Positions 27,309 to 41,904 of a stretch of DNA of 64,000 bases are shown in pieces. Position 1 is the first letter of the stretch. Each line of letters opens with the position of its first letter. Position numbers and translations under genes: made by a program. Source of the DNA: Octopus vulgaris (Eukaryota). The notes beneath the pieces are model-generated. The model did not search any database and had not been told where the DNA came from. It saw only the letters and a list, made by a program, of their open reading frames with translations. Location of the stretch: positions 100,254,001 through 100,318,000 of the forward strand of contig OX597815.1 in NCBI GenBank assembly GCA_951406725.2. Direction: 5' to 3'.

Positions 27309-27786
27309 CGTATATTATGTGATTTGTGTGTGTGTATGTGTGTGCGTGAGTGCGTATGTGTGTAACCTGGTGTACATATATATGTATGCCTCTAATTGCG
27401 TGGTTGTATATATGTTAACACCATCCACCCCACCTTCTGCTCTTTTTCCTCTGTACTATCAATTCCTTTCTTTACTCTTACAATTTAATTGTTTCTGAGG
27501 TTGTTTGATGTATTGTACTTCACTATCTTCCTGTCCTATCCCTTGTCCGTCTTTTCTTTGACTTGTTCTTTTAACTGTGACAATTTTCGACTTTCTTCAC
27601 TTATATCTGCCTTCCTGGCCAACCTTCTTACTTTTCTCCTTCGTTTACTTCACTTCTTTCAATTCTCTTTCTTTTGCTTCTTACCCACTGCTTCTTACCC
27701 TTTCACCATCAAAGATAAGAGCGACGAAAGTTGAATGCTCATTCAAACACATGTAAACCTATTAGTGATACGTGTATATCTGTGTA

Positions 27787-27995
27787 AAGCGACGAGTTGG
27801 CAGAATCCTTAGCTCACCGGACAAAAATGCTTTGCAACATTTCGAGCGTCTTCTAAGTTCAAATTCCGCCGGGGTAGATTTTGCCTTTCATCTTTTCGAG
27901 GTCATTAAAACAAGTACCAGTTGAACACTGAGGTCGATGTAATCGACTTAGCCCCTCTCCCCAAATTACTAGCCTTCTGTCAAAATTTGAAATGA
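27787..27995 (+). mobile_element. Family-A SINE
   Basis: GCGACGAGTTGGCAGAATC...GTTCAAATTCCGCC...TTTGCCTTTCATC. Confidence 0.8.
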
Positions 27996-28723
27996 ATATC
28001 TGTATATGTGTGTATTTATGTATATGCAAACATATAGGTGTTCTTTCATTAGTTCTTTCGTTTGTTTCAGGCTTCACGGCCAAGCCTACTACCCTTAGTG
28101 TTCTTTACCCAGACATAAGATCAGAAATTTGGTGACTGGTATCAGGGTTGAGTCGATTAAATGGACCCCATTGTTAGACCGATACTTTATTTCATATCAA
28201 CACCTAAATGATAAAAGGCAAAGTTGAGCTTGGTGAGATTTAAACACAGATAGTGAAGTGATAGAAAATACATTTTTTTCTAAAGTCCTCATGATTCTAC
28301 GAAATAACAAACGTTCTAAAGTACAGACTGGAGCAATATGTATAAAGTACTCAATACGACAATAATGCAGTCATATTACAGTGAGTAGACGAGAGTATTA
28401 ATAACAAAGCAGACTGTTTTGGCCAGTATTTTGGTTTTCCATTTATCGTTACAAAACTATGAGCGTGTACATGTATGAAGAGTGTAAATGTGAGTGGTGT
28501 TTGTGTGTGCTAGAGAGAAGGAGATATAGACATACAGACAGACAGGCAGTGAGTGTTCTGTTGAACGCTTGGTTACTCTTTTCTACTGTAACATCTGAAT
28601 TTAATGTCACGAATAGTTTAAGATTCAATTAAAATGACAGGTGTATCTGTAGATTATGAGTAACTTCTTCAAATATTCTGTTTAATATTTCTTGTTTTAT
28701 TTCTGCTTTGTTTCCTCGTACAG

Positions 28724-28735
28724 GAAATTGAACTG
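28724..28735 (+). CDS. Candidate 12-nt microexon (EIEL in phase 0)
   Basis: TTTCTTGTTTTATTTCTGCTTTGTTTCCTCGTACAG|GAAATTGAACTG|GTGAGT: strong acceptor and donor, frame-preserving length. Confidence 0.5.
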
Positions 28736-28859
28736 GTGAGTGTGTTAAATAATAAGGCACTGAAAGAGAATGACTCTCCCTAGACACAATAAGATATGCT
28801 TCAACACACGAATTCACATAAAGAATCTTGCAAACCAAATCCCGAAATGAAACTTGATA

Positions 28860-29146
28860 AAAAATGTTTCACCGATATTCCTTGTGTCAATGTTTATGTA
28901 TTCGATAGCTGGGATATTCTCCATATTTATCCTGGAGCAGTATTTTTTCGTGTGGCGTTAGATATCGTTTTTATGACAACATCATGTCGCATAGAGAGGT
29001 CGTACGTTGATGACAATTTTGTGCAGCTACTAATCACATGTGTGACGTCTTCAATAGAAATGGAAGACATGTACCATGTCGATACCATATCGATAACAAT
29101 GTCGCTTCAAGTCTTCGGGAAACTTAACTATGCATGGTATCTCTCG

Positions 29147-29232
<86 letters not shown>

Positions 29233-29640
29233 ATGCTAACCGTTTCACACCCAGATGTTAGTCTAGCTAACAGTTGTACAGGAGTTCGTCAGTCAGAGAG
29301 TACTTCCTGAGGAGCTCACTACGGACACGTAGGATGTTTTTCTCTTCGTTTTTCAGAATTAGGTTTATATATTTAGTTTTTGTGTTGTTTAGCAGCTGCT
29401 GTTTGAAAAATACAATACGACATTCAAAGGCTCTTTGCTCTGATCTGAAGCCTCTACTTCCTTCATCATAAGTGAGAGGTTGTCCATAAAACTCTTCTGT
29501 GTAAGTTTCCAGTTGATGTCAGGATCTTACTGGTTTTAATGTCAATGGAGTCGATTTCCTTTTCAGATCAGTCAAGTATCCCAATTGTTGGTATCAGGAC
29601 TTGCACTGCCAATGTATTGTAGGATGTCGTCTTGTAAGAG
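28860..29640 (-). mobile_element. Second decayed R4/Dong-like LINE fragment, split by (CT)n
   Basis: 29270-29640 is homologous to 14740-15125 and 28930-29060 to 14330-14460 (shared CAGCT.CTAATCACATG and ATCAGTCAAGTA segments). Confidence 0.8.
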
Positions 29641-29979
29641 GAGTGTTCCAATTGACAGTTTTTCAATCGGAGTCCGATGTATTCTGAGCACATCCCTACA
29701 TTTTCGTGAATACGTGTTTGTGTGGAAAAGGAGAGGCAGAGAGAGGTTTGCGCTTTGTGGTTTGGACATATTCATTTACCTCTGTAATAATATTTTTGAA
29801 TATTCGAGAGATGATACAGCATTAAAATTGTATTCCTGAATCTGTTCAGTCTTATTATTGAATACACAAACACTTACACACACAACACACACACACACAC
29901 ATACACACACAACACACACACACATACACACACGCGCGCGCACCGCACACACACATACATACACAGCACTCGCACACGC

Positions 29980-30020
<41 letters not shown>

Positions 30021-30023
<3 letters not shown>

Positions 30024-31247
30024 ATCCGTAAGATATTTGAGGACAGATTTATGTTTATAAAAAAAAACATATAATAACAGATAATAAATTTATTTATCAA
30101 AAAATGCTATGAGGATAAAAATAAACCTTCTTTTCTATAATGTTATTCAATAAAGCCACCTTCAGCTTCAACAACTGCTTCTATATGAGATCTAAATCAT
30201 CTACATGCTCGAATCAAGTGGTCCTGGTTCATTTTGGACATTACCCTGACTATGGCAGCTTTCAAAGAATCTTTGGTGTTATGGGCATGTTCATTGACCT
30301 CTCTCTCAACAATGCCCCACGTGTAATAGTCCAATGGATTGAGATCTGGGGAATTAGGAGGCCAAATGTTAGGGGTTATGTGATCGTAAAAATTTTCAGC
30401 TATTCATTGCTGTGTAACTAGAGCCATGTGTGATAGTGCAGTCTTACTGAAACACATATGGCCTTCCATTGCATACACTGTCTATCCAGAGCTTAACAAT
30501 CATTTCCAGGACTTCAAAGTAGGCAGCAGAGTTAATATTAAGGCCTTTTGGAAAGAAGTAAGGAAGCATCACATGTCCTCCATTGCTGACAACCCCTAAA
30601 ACCATGACAGTTGCAGGAAATTTTGTATGCATAATACTTGAAATTTCAAACGGGTCTGCACATAACTATCTGTCATTTCTTCTGTTACTTTTTGATCTTG
30701 GTCGAAGTTTTTCTCGTTTGATAAGAGTCAAATCAAATCGTCTGCTGGATTTTCCAGTTTGATTAAGAGCCTTTTAGATCTGATGTAGTGATTTTCTTTT
30801 GCTTTTTCTGATAAATAGACCTTTCCTCATCATAAAAGACTCATATCTGATTGCTTCATGGACACCATTTCTGACTGATCCTTCTGACACATGGTGATCT
30901 TTTGCAATTGACCTCAGGATTTTCTATGGTTGTAATCAATGGTCTGTTGAACTTGCAGGTGTTCTGATGATTTCAGAGCGTTTAGAATGCTTTGATACTG
31001 GAGATACATTTCCATCTTCAGTCTCTAGCTCCTTACATCTTTGTAGACGAAAGATCTGGCAACTTTTAAAGATCGAGATATTTCTAAATCGCTATGCTCA
31101 GTCTTTATAAGCACAATAACAGCACACCTCTTTATTTCTTGAGTAAGCTGAAGGACTGCAATTTTCTGAAACAAAGATTGTACAAAGTTAGCAAAAAGTG
31201 CAGCAATGACCCAAAACGGATATGTCCTCAAACCTTACGTACTTTGT
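30021..31247 (-). mobile_element. Decayed Tc1/mariner transposon, DD37D (maT)-like
   Basis: Minus strand TKFPATVMVLGVVS...RPYVFQ*D and WPPNSPDLNPLDYYTW...EAEGGFIE*. Imperfect TIRs (CGTAAG..TTTGAGGACA) at both ends, embedded in (TA)n. Confidence 0.88.
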
Positions 31248-31310
31248 ATGTATATATATATATATATATATATATAAATGTATATGTATGTATGTATGTA
31301 TGTATGTGTG

Positions 31311-31613
31311 TGGAGGCGCAATGGCCCAGTGGTTAGGGCAGCGGACTCGCGGTCGTAGGATCGCGGTTCCGATTTCCAGACCGGGCGTTGTGAGTGTTTA
31401 TTGAGCGAAAACACCTAAAAGCTCCACGACGCTCCGGCAGGGGGTGGTGATCCCTGCTCTACTCTTTCACCACTCTTTCTTTTGTTGGCCTGCTCGCTTA
31501 GCCAGCGGGTTGGCGTCATTCGAAGGCTAAAACAATGCGAACGCATTGTGACCAGCGATGTGTAACAACATCTGATGGTCTGGTCGGTCACGTGACATCA
31601 CGTGATCACGTGA
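31311..31613 (+). mobile_element. tRNA-derived SINE, family C head with CACGTGA-repeat tail
   Basis: TGGCCCAGTGGTTAGGGCAGCGGACTCGCGGTC...GGTTCCGATTTCC head. The same head occurs at 53225 and 57537 (minus). Confidence 0.85.
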
Positions 31614-31828
31614 TGTATGTATGTATGTATGTATGTATGTATGTATGTACGTAATTCATCGTTACAAAATGTAATGAAGTGTGAGGAAGCGCCCCGCACC
31701 CTCCGTCAAATTTTAGTAAAGGTGAATTATTTCCTTTTTGGTTTTGAACTGCATCTAGCCATCTTCGTTATTTTATATATATATATGGCCGCAGCCTCAA
31801 GGCTGAAACATATACAAGAATAAAAGAA

Positions 31829-31879
<51 letters not shown>

Positions 31880-32164
31880 GAAGATTGGAATTTCTTATAC
31901 CACTTTCGTTTCATGGTTGACAATTGTTTCAACAATTCCGTGTTGACTATTCTTACATTATGCCTATAGACTTGTCTGTTAATAATGATCAAGTTGTGTA
32001 CACTATGTTTAACGATGGAAGATGATACTTAACGGATTTTCTGCTTATTCGAAGCATCAGTTTCCATCAGTTAGCTTTTGCAGTTTTCAGCTAGCCGCCG
32101 TCCGTGGGAGTGCTTCCCGAGATAAACCCCTAAATTATCTTTATCCATACTAACCTACTCTGTA

Positions 32165-32202
<38 letters not shown>

Positions 32203-32573
32203 TCTATCTGTGTGTGTGTGTGTGAGAGAGAGTCTATCTGTGTGTGTGTGCCTCTCTCCTTGTATTCCTGTCTATGTGTATATGCATGTATACATGTATA
32301 TATGTATGTATAGACACACACTTGCATGCACATACATACAATGATAAACAGCGACATTAGTTTTGCTTTCCGTTTGCTGTTGGTATTATTGATGTTGATG
32401 TTATTGAGAAATCAAGAGAAATTATAAATCTCTTTCATCTACAATCATTCGATTAAACCATTACATCGTGGCTTGATTAAGCGAACCACTAAATTGCTAT
32501 TATCTACTATTGTACAACCTTTATTACAGGAATTGTTACCAACTCACCCTTCCTCCTCTTACCACTAGTAAAA

Positions 32574-32623
<50 letters not shown>

Positions 32624-32820
32624 CACTACTATTGCTGCTGCTACTACTACTACTACTGCTGTTGTACTACATCGCGTTGTTACTGCCCCGCCGAAAGAAA
32701 GTGCAACGAGTTTCCAAGTTACAGGACTGTTCGAGGGCTATATACATATATACATATACATATATGTATGTATGCATATATATATATATATATGGAGTGT
32801 GTGCACGGATATAAATGCAC

Positions 32821-32868
<48 letters not shown>

Positions 32869-32933
32869 ATTTACATATATATATAAAGATATACATATAC
32901 ATATATATATATGTATATGTGTGTGTATGTGTA

Positions 32934-32978
<45 letters not shown>

Positions 32979-33237
32979 TAACTTCATGTTCCAAGAAAGT
33001 TTGATTTAATTATGATCACCGGCTTGTTGTTGTGTCCGTTGCCGGACGTGTGTCTGTATTCTAACGTGTGCATATGTGTACTAGTATGTGTATTGTTTGC
33101 ATGTGTTTTATTCTGTGTGAGTGTATGTGTGTGTATGTTTGTATGCATGTGTGTGCGCGCGCGCGTGTGTGTGTTTGTAGATAAATTTACTACATACCGT
33201 CTGAACTTATCAGATGTGTATATGTAAATATATGTAC

Positions 33238-33273
<36 letters not shown>

Positions 33274-33307
33274 GTATGTATGTATATATATATTTATATA
33301 TATTATG

Positions 33308-33466
33308 TAGATGCAAGAGTATGGTAAGAAGCTTGCTTCCCAACCACATGGAGCTGGGTTCAGTGCCACGCAGCGGCACCTTGGGCAAGTGTTTTCTACT
33401 ATAGCCTCGGGCCGACCAAACCCTTGTGAGTGGTTTTGGTAGACGGAAACTGAAAGACAACCATCG

Positions 33467-33545
<79 letters not shown>

Positions 33546-33710
33546 TTGTTCGATGCTGGTGTGTTTGCGTCCCCGTAAATTAGCGGTACGGCTAAAAAGA
33601 TCGATAGAATAAGTACTAGCCTTACAAAGAATATACCCTGGGATCGATTTGTCCGACTAGAGGCGGTGCTCCAGCATTGTCGCAATCAAATGACTGAAAC
33701 AAGTAAAAGA

Positions 33711-33712
<2 letters not shown>
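33308..33712 (+). mobile_element. Family-B SINE with internal (GT)n
   Basis: Head, CORE-like segment, (GT)n tract and tail are all present. Confidence 0.85.
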
Positions 33713-33752
<40 letters not shown>

Positions 33753-33989
33753 GCATGTATGTATGCATTTGTAACCATAACTGTATGTACTGCAGTATGT
33801 AATATAATTAGCGAGTAATATTAGAGTATGTTAGGGAGAAACCCGGGGACGGGAAACGAAGAGAAAGAGAGACAGAGAGAGAGAGGGGTGAAGAAGAAAG
33901 TCAGAGAGAAATGTTCAGGAAGAATTAGTCTGTTACGAGAGAAATATTTGCTATTTCCGATCGAGATACTAACATACTTCTGCCCCAAT

Positions 33990-35400
<1,411 letters not shown>

Positions 35401-35860
35401 CGATCAACTGGTTGCCTGATCGATTGATTGATTGATTGATTAGTGATAAATGAAGTTGACAGAAATGTAGAAAAACAATGCTGAGGCGAAACCAGATAAG
35501 TAGGAATGCAGGTAGGAAGATATGTAGATAGGATTGCGAATAAAGGGTTTTTGGTGTTTAGTATAGATGGATCAACAAATGTTACATAGTCAGATAGGTG
35601 ATGCGTATGATGATGATCAGAAGGAAGATAAACGGGAGGAGGAGGATGCATGGATTATACACACTCATATATAAAAGTACCAGGCTTGTTTTTTTAAAAG
35701 CTTGGTACTTATTTCATCGGTCTCTTTTGCCGAACCCCTAAGATACGGGGACATAAACATACCAACACCCGTTGTCAAGCGGTGATGGGAGGGGAACAAA
35801 CACAGACACAAAGACACACACATAGATACATATACATACGCACACACACACATATATATA

Positions 35861-35916
<56 letters not shown>

Positions 35917-35969
35917 CACACATACGTAGAAATATTATTATTTCTAAGTCTCTAAAGGAGAGAGTCAAG

Positions 35970-36951
35970 CACCAGATTATCCTCGCAATTTCGGCTGATT
36001 ATTCTTGAAGAAAGCAAAGACGAAAAAGGCGGAGAAATGGTACATAATTACAAATACAAACAACAGGTGTCTTTCGACTAAGGACGAATTAAATTAATCT
36101 GGCGTGTGTGGAAGAGAAGCCTTACTGCAGGAACATAGAAAATGAGAGCCATAGGAAGGAATATAAGAGGTGCTACACAGACGGCAGTCCAACCAAGAAA
36201 GAAAGGTCAGGCTTAGCCGAACACCGGTCACGTAGAAGGAGAGGAGAGAGGTAGGGGTAGAGGGATTGAAAAATTAGGGAGAAAGAGACAAAAAAACGAA
36301 AGAGACAGAGTGAGATAAAGGGGGGAAAGTGATGAGAATGACGGGAAGGCGAAGAAATGTGAGAGAGGGTAGGAGCGAGGAAGAGAAAAGTGGAAAGAAC
36401 GAAGAAAGTGTGAAGGGGAGGAAATGAAAGAGTAAAGGAGTCGTACAGAATTTATATATGTAATATATGTACTTACATGCAGGAAACCAAAAGTACGCCG
36501 TTATATGTATATATAAAAAAAATGGAACAAGAACATTACAGGCGACAACAAAACATTCGGATAGTTAGACAATACAACAAAGGACAGGAAAAAACAAGGA
36601 CGGGTCATTCGGGTCTTTCAATCTTCAGTCGAATACCAGAGTTACCGGCCGAAACTGCAAAGACTGTTGTTTGTATTTATAATTATGTACCATTTCTCCA
36701 TTTTTTTCGTCCTTGTTTTCGTATATATGCACTTGCTTTCTTCGAAAGAATCTAGTGCTCTTAGCTTGGATTTTCTTGGGGCCAGCCAGATTAGAGCAGT
36801 TCGAGAGTAATAGGCCGAAACTTCAAAGACAATCTGGTACTCGACTGAAGATTGAGAGATCCGTGTTTTTGTGTTTTTCCTGTCCTATTTTGTATCGTCT
36901 AATTGTCCGAATGTTTTGTTGTCGCCTGTTACGTTCTTGTTCCATTTTTTG

Positions 36952-36955
<4 letters not shown>
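35970..36955. mobile_element. Rearranged Penelope-like tail repeat with inverted segments
   Basis: 36515-36640 is the inverted copy of 36830-36950, and 35995-36070 is the inverted copy of 36665-36752. It contains GGCCGAAAC/GCCGAAAT half-hammerhead motifs. Confidence 0.6.
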
Positions 36956-37000
<45 letters not shown>

Positions 37001-37551
37001 TACTTCTTTCACAAGGCTTTCGTCGGCCTGGGGTTATAGGAGCCACGGCCAAGGTGCCACGCAATGCAACTGAATCTGGAACCATGTGGTTGGGAAGTAG
37101 TGTGTGTATTGCACACGCACACACATACTCAACAAGCATCACCCACATGCGATTTCTATTCCGGTACTTTCTTGAACGGTAAATATCTTGTATAAACTTT
37201 AACTACTATATGTATGTATCCATCAAGTAGGTACAACAAACCATATGATTACAGTAGTCCACAATTCAGAAAACGGGTTTCAATGCATTTAGAAAGTAGA
37301 ATATGTTTATTCTATTAAGAGCAATATCTTAGGTGCTGTAACATGTTTCACTATTTACATAGTTAATCTTAGAAATAGATAGATAGATACATACATACAT
37401 ACATAAATACATACATACATACATATACTTACGCACACACACAGACACACATATATATATCATATATATACATACATACATTACATACATATAATATACA
37501 CACACAGACTCACACACATATATACCGTTCAACCCATGATTTATATATAAA

Positions 37552-37637
<86 letters not shown>

Positions 37638-37684
37638 AAACAAGTCAAAAATAGAAAATGCTAAAATAATTTTATAGTGAACAT

Positions 37685-37726
37685 TTCAGTACCGGTTTCG
37701 GTCATTTTGAGACCTTTTCAACTGTA
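37685..37726 (-). ncRNA. Minimal hammerhead motif, U3-A8 core variant
   Basis: Minus strand CAG-TTGAAAA-GGTC-TCAAAAT-GACC-GAAA-CCGG-TA^CTG: perfect stem II, palindromic stem III ACCGGT, stem I CAG/CTG. Confidence 0.7.
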
Positions 37727-38567
37727 ACAATTAAATAATTAAATTTAGAAAAATTAGAAGAAAAGTTTTTTTAAAAGAATATTTCTATAGTAGTGTTCAG
37801 ATTTAAGTGGCATTCTGCCTTTCTCTGACTCCCTTGTTTGCACTTGTGTATTGGAGGTCGTTGTGAGTTCTTGGTAGGGTAGTAGAGGAAGAAGGCTGGT
37901 GAGGAAAGGGGGTGGGAGAATCTGGGAGTGCCCTGATGGTCGTATTTTGAATGGTCAGTGGCGGCTGGCAGTCTCAGTTCAATTCAGGAGAATATCTATA
38001 TTGACAGGCTTGTTTATAGAATTAGCGTAGGTGTTATACTAAAAAGCATTAGTGACAAAGTTAAGGGGTAGGGGGTGGAGAAGTAGAAGAAGAAGAAGAA
38101 GAAGAAGAAGAAGAAGAAGAAGAAGAAGACGAAGAAGAAGAAGAAGAAGAAGAAGAAGAAGAAGAAGATGTTGATGATGATGATGATGAAGAAGAAGAAG
38201 AAGAAGAAGAAGGAGGAGGAGAAGATGACGATGATGGTGATGGTGGTGATGATTATGACGACGATGATGATGATAATGATGATGATGAAGAAGAAGAAGA
38301 AGAAGAAGAAGAAGAAGAAGAAGAAGAAGAAGAAGAAGAAGAAGAAGAAGAGAAGGAGAAGATGGTGGTGATGATGGTGGTGATGATGATGACGATGATG
38401 ATGATAATGATGATGATGAAGAGGAAGAAGAAGGAGAAGAAAAAAACAGAGAAGGGAGAATATGAAAGGGTGTAAGTTTAGCTATGATGGGGCTGATTAG
38501 TAATGGATTCTATGGAGTGTAATATTTGTGTGTGTATATATTTCTTTTATTCTAAAGTTGAGGTATA

Positions 38568-39320
38568 TTAATTGTTTGTCGTAGACCCGTTAAGAAGTGG
38601 CTTGTATTTTGTAATAAAGAGATTTTCTTTACTTATTCGTTGTCTCGAGGTTGTATCGTCCCTAAATTGGTAGAGGGGGAAAATTCTGAAGTTTGGTGTT
38701 TTTTTGTTGGCGCATGTATCTATGTGTTGGCTAAAAGCTATTTTTCTGTTTTGGGGAATTTTTATCTGGGATCTGTGCAGGGCCATTCGTTTACGCAAAC
38801 CATTTTTTGTTTGGCCTATGTACTGCTCTTGACACCCGGAGCAGGTTAGTGAGTATATTAGGTTCTCCGAAGCACATGTGAAGTTGCTTTTCACTGTAAA
38901 CCGTTGTCCCTGTTTGAAGGAGAACTCTGATCCCTCAATTAGATAGTCGCATATCCCGCAATTGGGTCTTCCACATTTTTTTACTGTCGGCTTCTGTGTT
39001 GAAGAGTGAATTCGGGCTTGTGTAAGGAGACTTTTCATGGATCTAGGCTGTCTTTTGCTTTTTATGATCGTGTGTGTTTGGAGGATTGTGTTCATTCTGT
39101 GGTCTTTTTTTAGGAGGGGTATGTTGTGGAGGATGGTGTCGAAGGCTTCGTTATTGAGAGGGTTGTGTGTGGAGATGTATTGTAAGGCTTTTGGTTGTGA
39201 GTTTTTCTTTGATTTGGGATGTCTCAGTTCCTTGATGTTAAGTTGAAGGACACGTTGAATGCACTTGTCAATAAGTGAAGGTGGATAGTTCCTGGTGATA
39301 AGGGTATCTTTTAGTTCTTG
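38568..39320 (-). pseudogene. PLE polyprotein C-terminus: RT thumb end, zinc-finger linker, GIY-YIG endonuclease (about 250 open codons)
   Basis: RNYPPSLID (PLE thumb motif), CGRPNCGIC, NLIYSLTCSGCQEQYIGQT..LRKRMALH, and R...E..FITKYKPLLN. The N-terminus of the listed ORF is (AT)n-derived. Confidence 0.92.
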
Positions 39321-39332
39321 TATATATATATG

Positions 39333-39371
<39 letters not shown>

Positions 39372-39569
39372 TACACACACTTTTTTTTCACTCTATCAGA
39401 TTTGTTTTGAGTTCTGAATTGTAATATGTTATAATGCCTTCTTGTTACAAATGCAAAATTAACTGACGAGAAAGTGATATTTGTGAGTAAAAAATTTATA
39501 ATTTGCATTATGCTCCCAACTATTGTTCACACTGAAGTTTATATAGGTGTGTGTGTGTATGTGTATCTT

Positions 39570-39623
<54 letters not shown>

Positions 39624-39704
39624 CACTTTTTTATCTATTGGATATCTTCTTAGAAGGGAGATGGTTTCTTACAAAGGAACAAAACCTTCTCCACTGAAAT
39701 TCAG

Positions 39705-39810
39705 TTAACGCTGCGATGGACTGGCGTCCCGTCCAGCTGGGTACACATACGCCATAGAAACCGGGAAACCGGGCCCATGAGCCTGGCTAGGCTTTAAAAG
39801 GGCGCATTTA
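39705..39810 (+). mobile_element. Isolated SINE 3' tail (5'-truncated)
   Basis: CTGCGATGGACTGGCGTCCCGTCCAGCTG...GAGCCTGGCTAGGCTT matches the tail of the SINE at 57232-57537. Confidence 0.8.
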
Positions 39811-40264
39811 TTTTTTTATTTTTTTACGTCTCCTTATTGCAAATGCAGAGTTAACTTACGGGTAAGCGTCATGTTTGTGAGTCAAAAATTGTAATTTGTA
39901 TTATTTAGTTCACAACTTTTATGTTGGTTATCGGTATGTTAAATTGTTTATACCCTTGCTGCTCTTGTTGTTATTGTTCTTGTTGTTGTTGTTGTTGTTG
40001 TTTATCCGTATGCCATCTCTAATTAACGACATCTCAGCGGTGACCATCTCATGCTTAGGGGTATATAGATCGATATTATCTAATGTTCATTTTCTTTACT
40101 TAACATGATATTATAATAGAGGCCTTTTCGTTAGCTTAGTAAAAGTAGTAATTTTGTAATATTTTCTAGCAGTTTGTCGTAAGGTTTAGTGAAACATCTA
40201 TAGTGAAATCCGTTCTGAGAAAAATAACTTTTAAACTATCACTCGTGTGTGTGTGTATGTGTTT

Positions 40265-40322
<58 letters not shown>

Positions 40323-40600
40323 ATGTGTGTGCGTGTGCGCGTAGAAGAGAGTAGAAAAGAGGGAGATGCAAGAACGAGAGTATAAGATTCGTATAATTAT
40401 AAGCATGTATATATGTGCGTGTGTGTGTCCATAATAAATATACATATATACAGCTGTCTCTTACTTTCTCTCTCTTCCTCTCTCTATCTCTCTCTCTTTC
40501 TCTTCTATTCTCTCTAATTCTCTTTGCCTCATACTATCTCTGTCTTTTCTGTCTCAGTAGTTCTTATTCTCCCTTTACTTCTTTCTTGCTTTCTCCTCAA

Positions 40601-40643
<43 letters not shown>

Positions 40644-40978
40644 CACATTAATGTTTGATCATGTTGGTGTCACACTGTTATCCGACTCATTAAATACATT
40701 AAACATTTAAAGAGTTGATTTCTTTAGATATTCTTTCGGTCTCGGCTGCAAATTTTCTTGCTTTTTAATCTTACCCCTAACACTTTTTAATCTCTACCTT
40801 CACACAGTAAAAGAGAGAAAGAACTTGATGGGAGGAGAGTAAGAGAGGAAATATATGCGGAGTGATGGTGTAATGGAGCAAACTGTAAAACTGAAATTAA
40901 GGCAAAAATTAGAAGAACTTTAAAAAATAACGACAGAGGTTGGATGGATCATGTCTCCCCACCAACATTTGTGCGTGT

Positions 40979-41016
<38 letters not shown>

Positions 41017-41904
41017 AAAAACATGAATGAAGATTGACAGTTATGTTCAATCCACGTTAGACTTAAACGTCATTTTGTACTCACTTAAAACCAACTAAGA
41101 AAACTCATTTTTTTCTTTCAGATGTTTTTGCTTTGTGGTGGGGCTTATGTGTCGTTTCACTTTATTTATTCATTTTAACATATTCATAGATTTATTTATG
41201 GAATTATCAACTTATATATTGATATATATTATTATTTGAGTTAATTTGACAATATTTTGTATTTGCTATGCAAATCAATTATTTGTGTGTCGTTTCATGG
41301 TGTTGTTTTTCTCTCTTCCTCTCCTTATTCCCTTTTCTTTTTATCCCTCTCTCTCTCTCTCTCTCTCATTCAAGAAGAGAAAAAGCATCAGTTTTTCTCC
41401 TCTTATCCCCAATTTTTGTTAGATAAAAGTATGAGTTTTTATTTGCGTTCTTTTCCCATGATTCCTGTAACTATATAGTTCGTGTTGGGTTAAACAACTG
41501 AAAATATTACTCTTTTACACCTTAGGTCGAGGAAGATTACCCCACCCATTAGTAATGGATTCTCTGTAGGGGGGAGGAGTTTAATTAAGAATGCACTTAT
41601 TATATGCAGTCCGCAATCATTGCGGTACTAGAATTCAGAATCCAGATTGACTAAAGCAAGAAGGTAATCCAGGACATATCTACAACCTATTTCTCTTCCT
41701 AACTAGAAAACGAGAAAACTTTAGATAATCGTACTTACCCGCCTAGAGGAAAGTACAGCTAAACTTGGGTTCCTGATGGGAGAATGCAGCTCTTTAATTC
41801 ATACGATACAAATGACCATGGTATCTGAGACAATAAAAATCTGCAAGACTTTAATATTTAAAGGCTGATTATCAAAACAAGAATCTTTCCTTCATAACAT
41901 CGCG

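Larger units (their letters stand above)
37635..39320 (-). mobile_element. 5'-truncated Penelope-like element (Neptune-type) with 3' tail
   Basis: Thumb/linker + GIY-YIG ORF at 38568-39320, a 3' region interrupted by (GAA)/(GAT) repeats, and a hammerhead motif at 37685-37726 on the same strand. Confidence 0.85.

Noticed and set aside
31311-31385. tRNA-like sequences (also at 3994, 24155-24229 and 57465-57537)
   Set aside because: These are SINE heads continuing into SINE bodies, with no proper acceptor stem or terminator.
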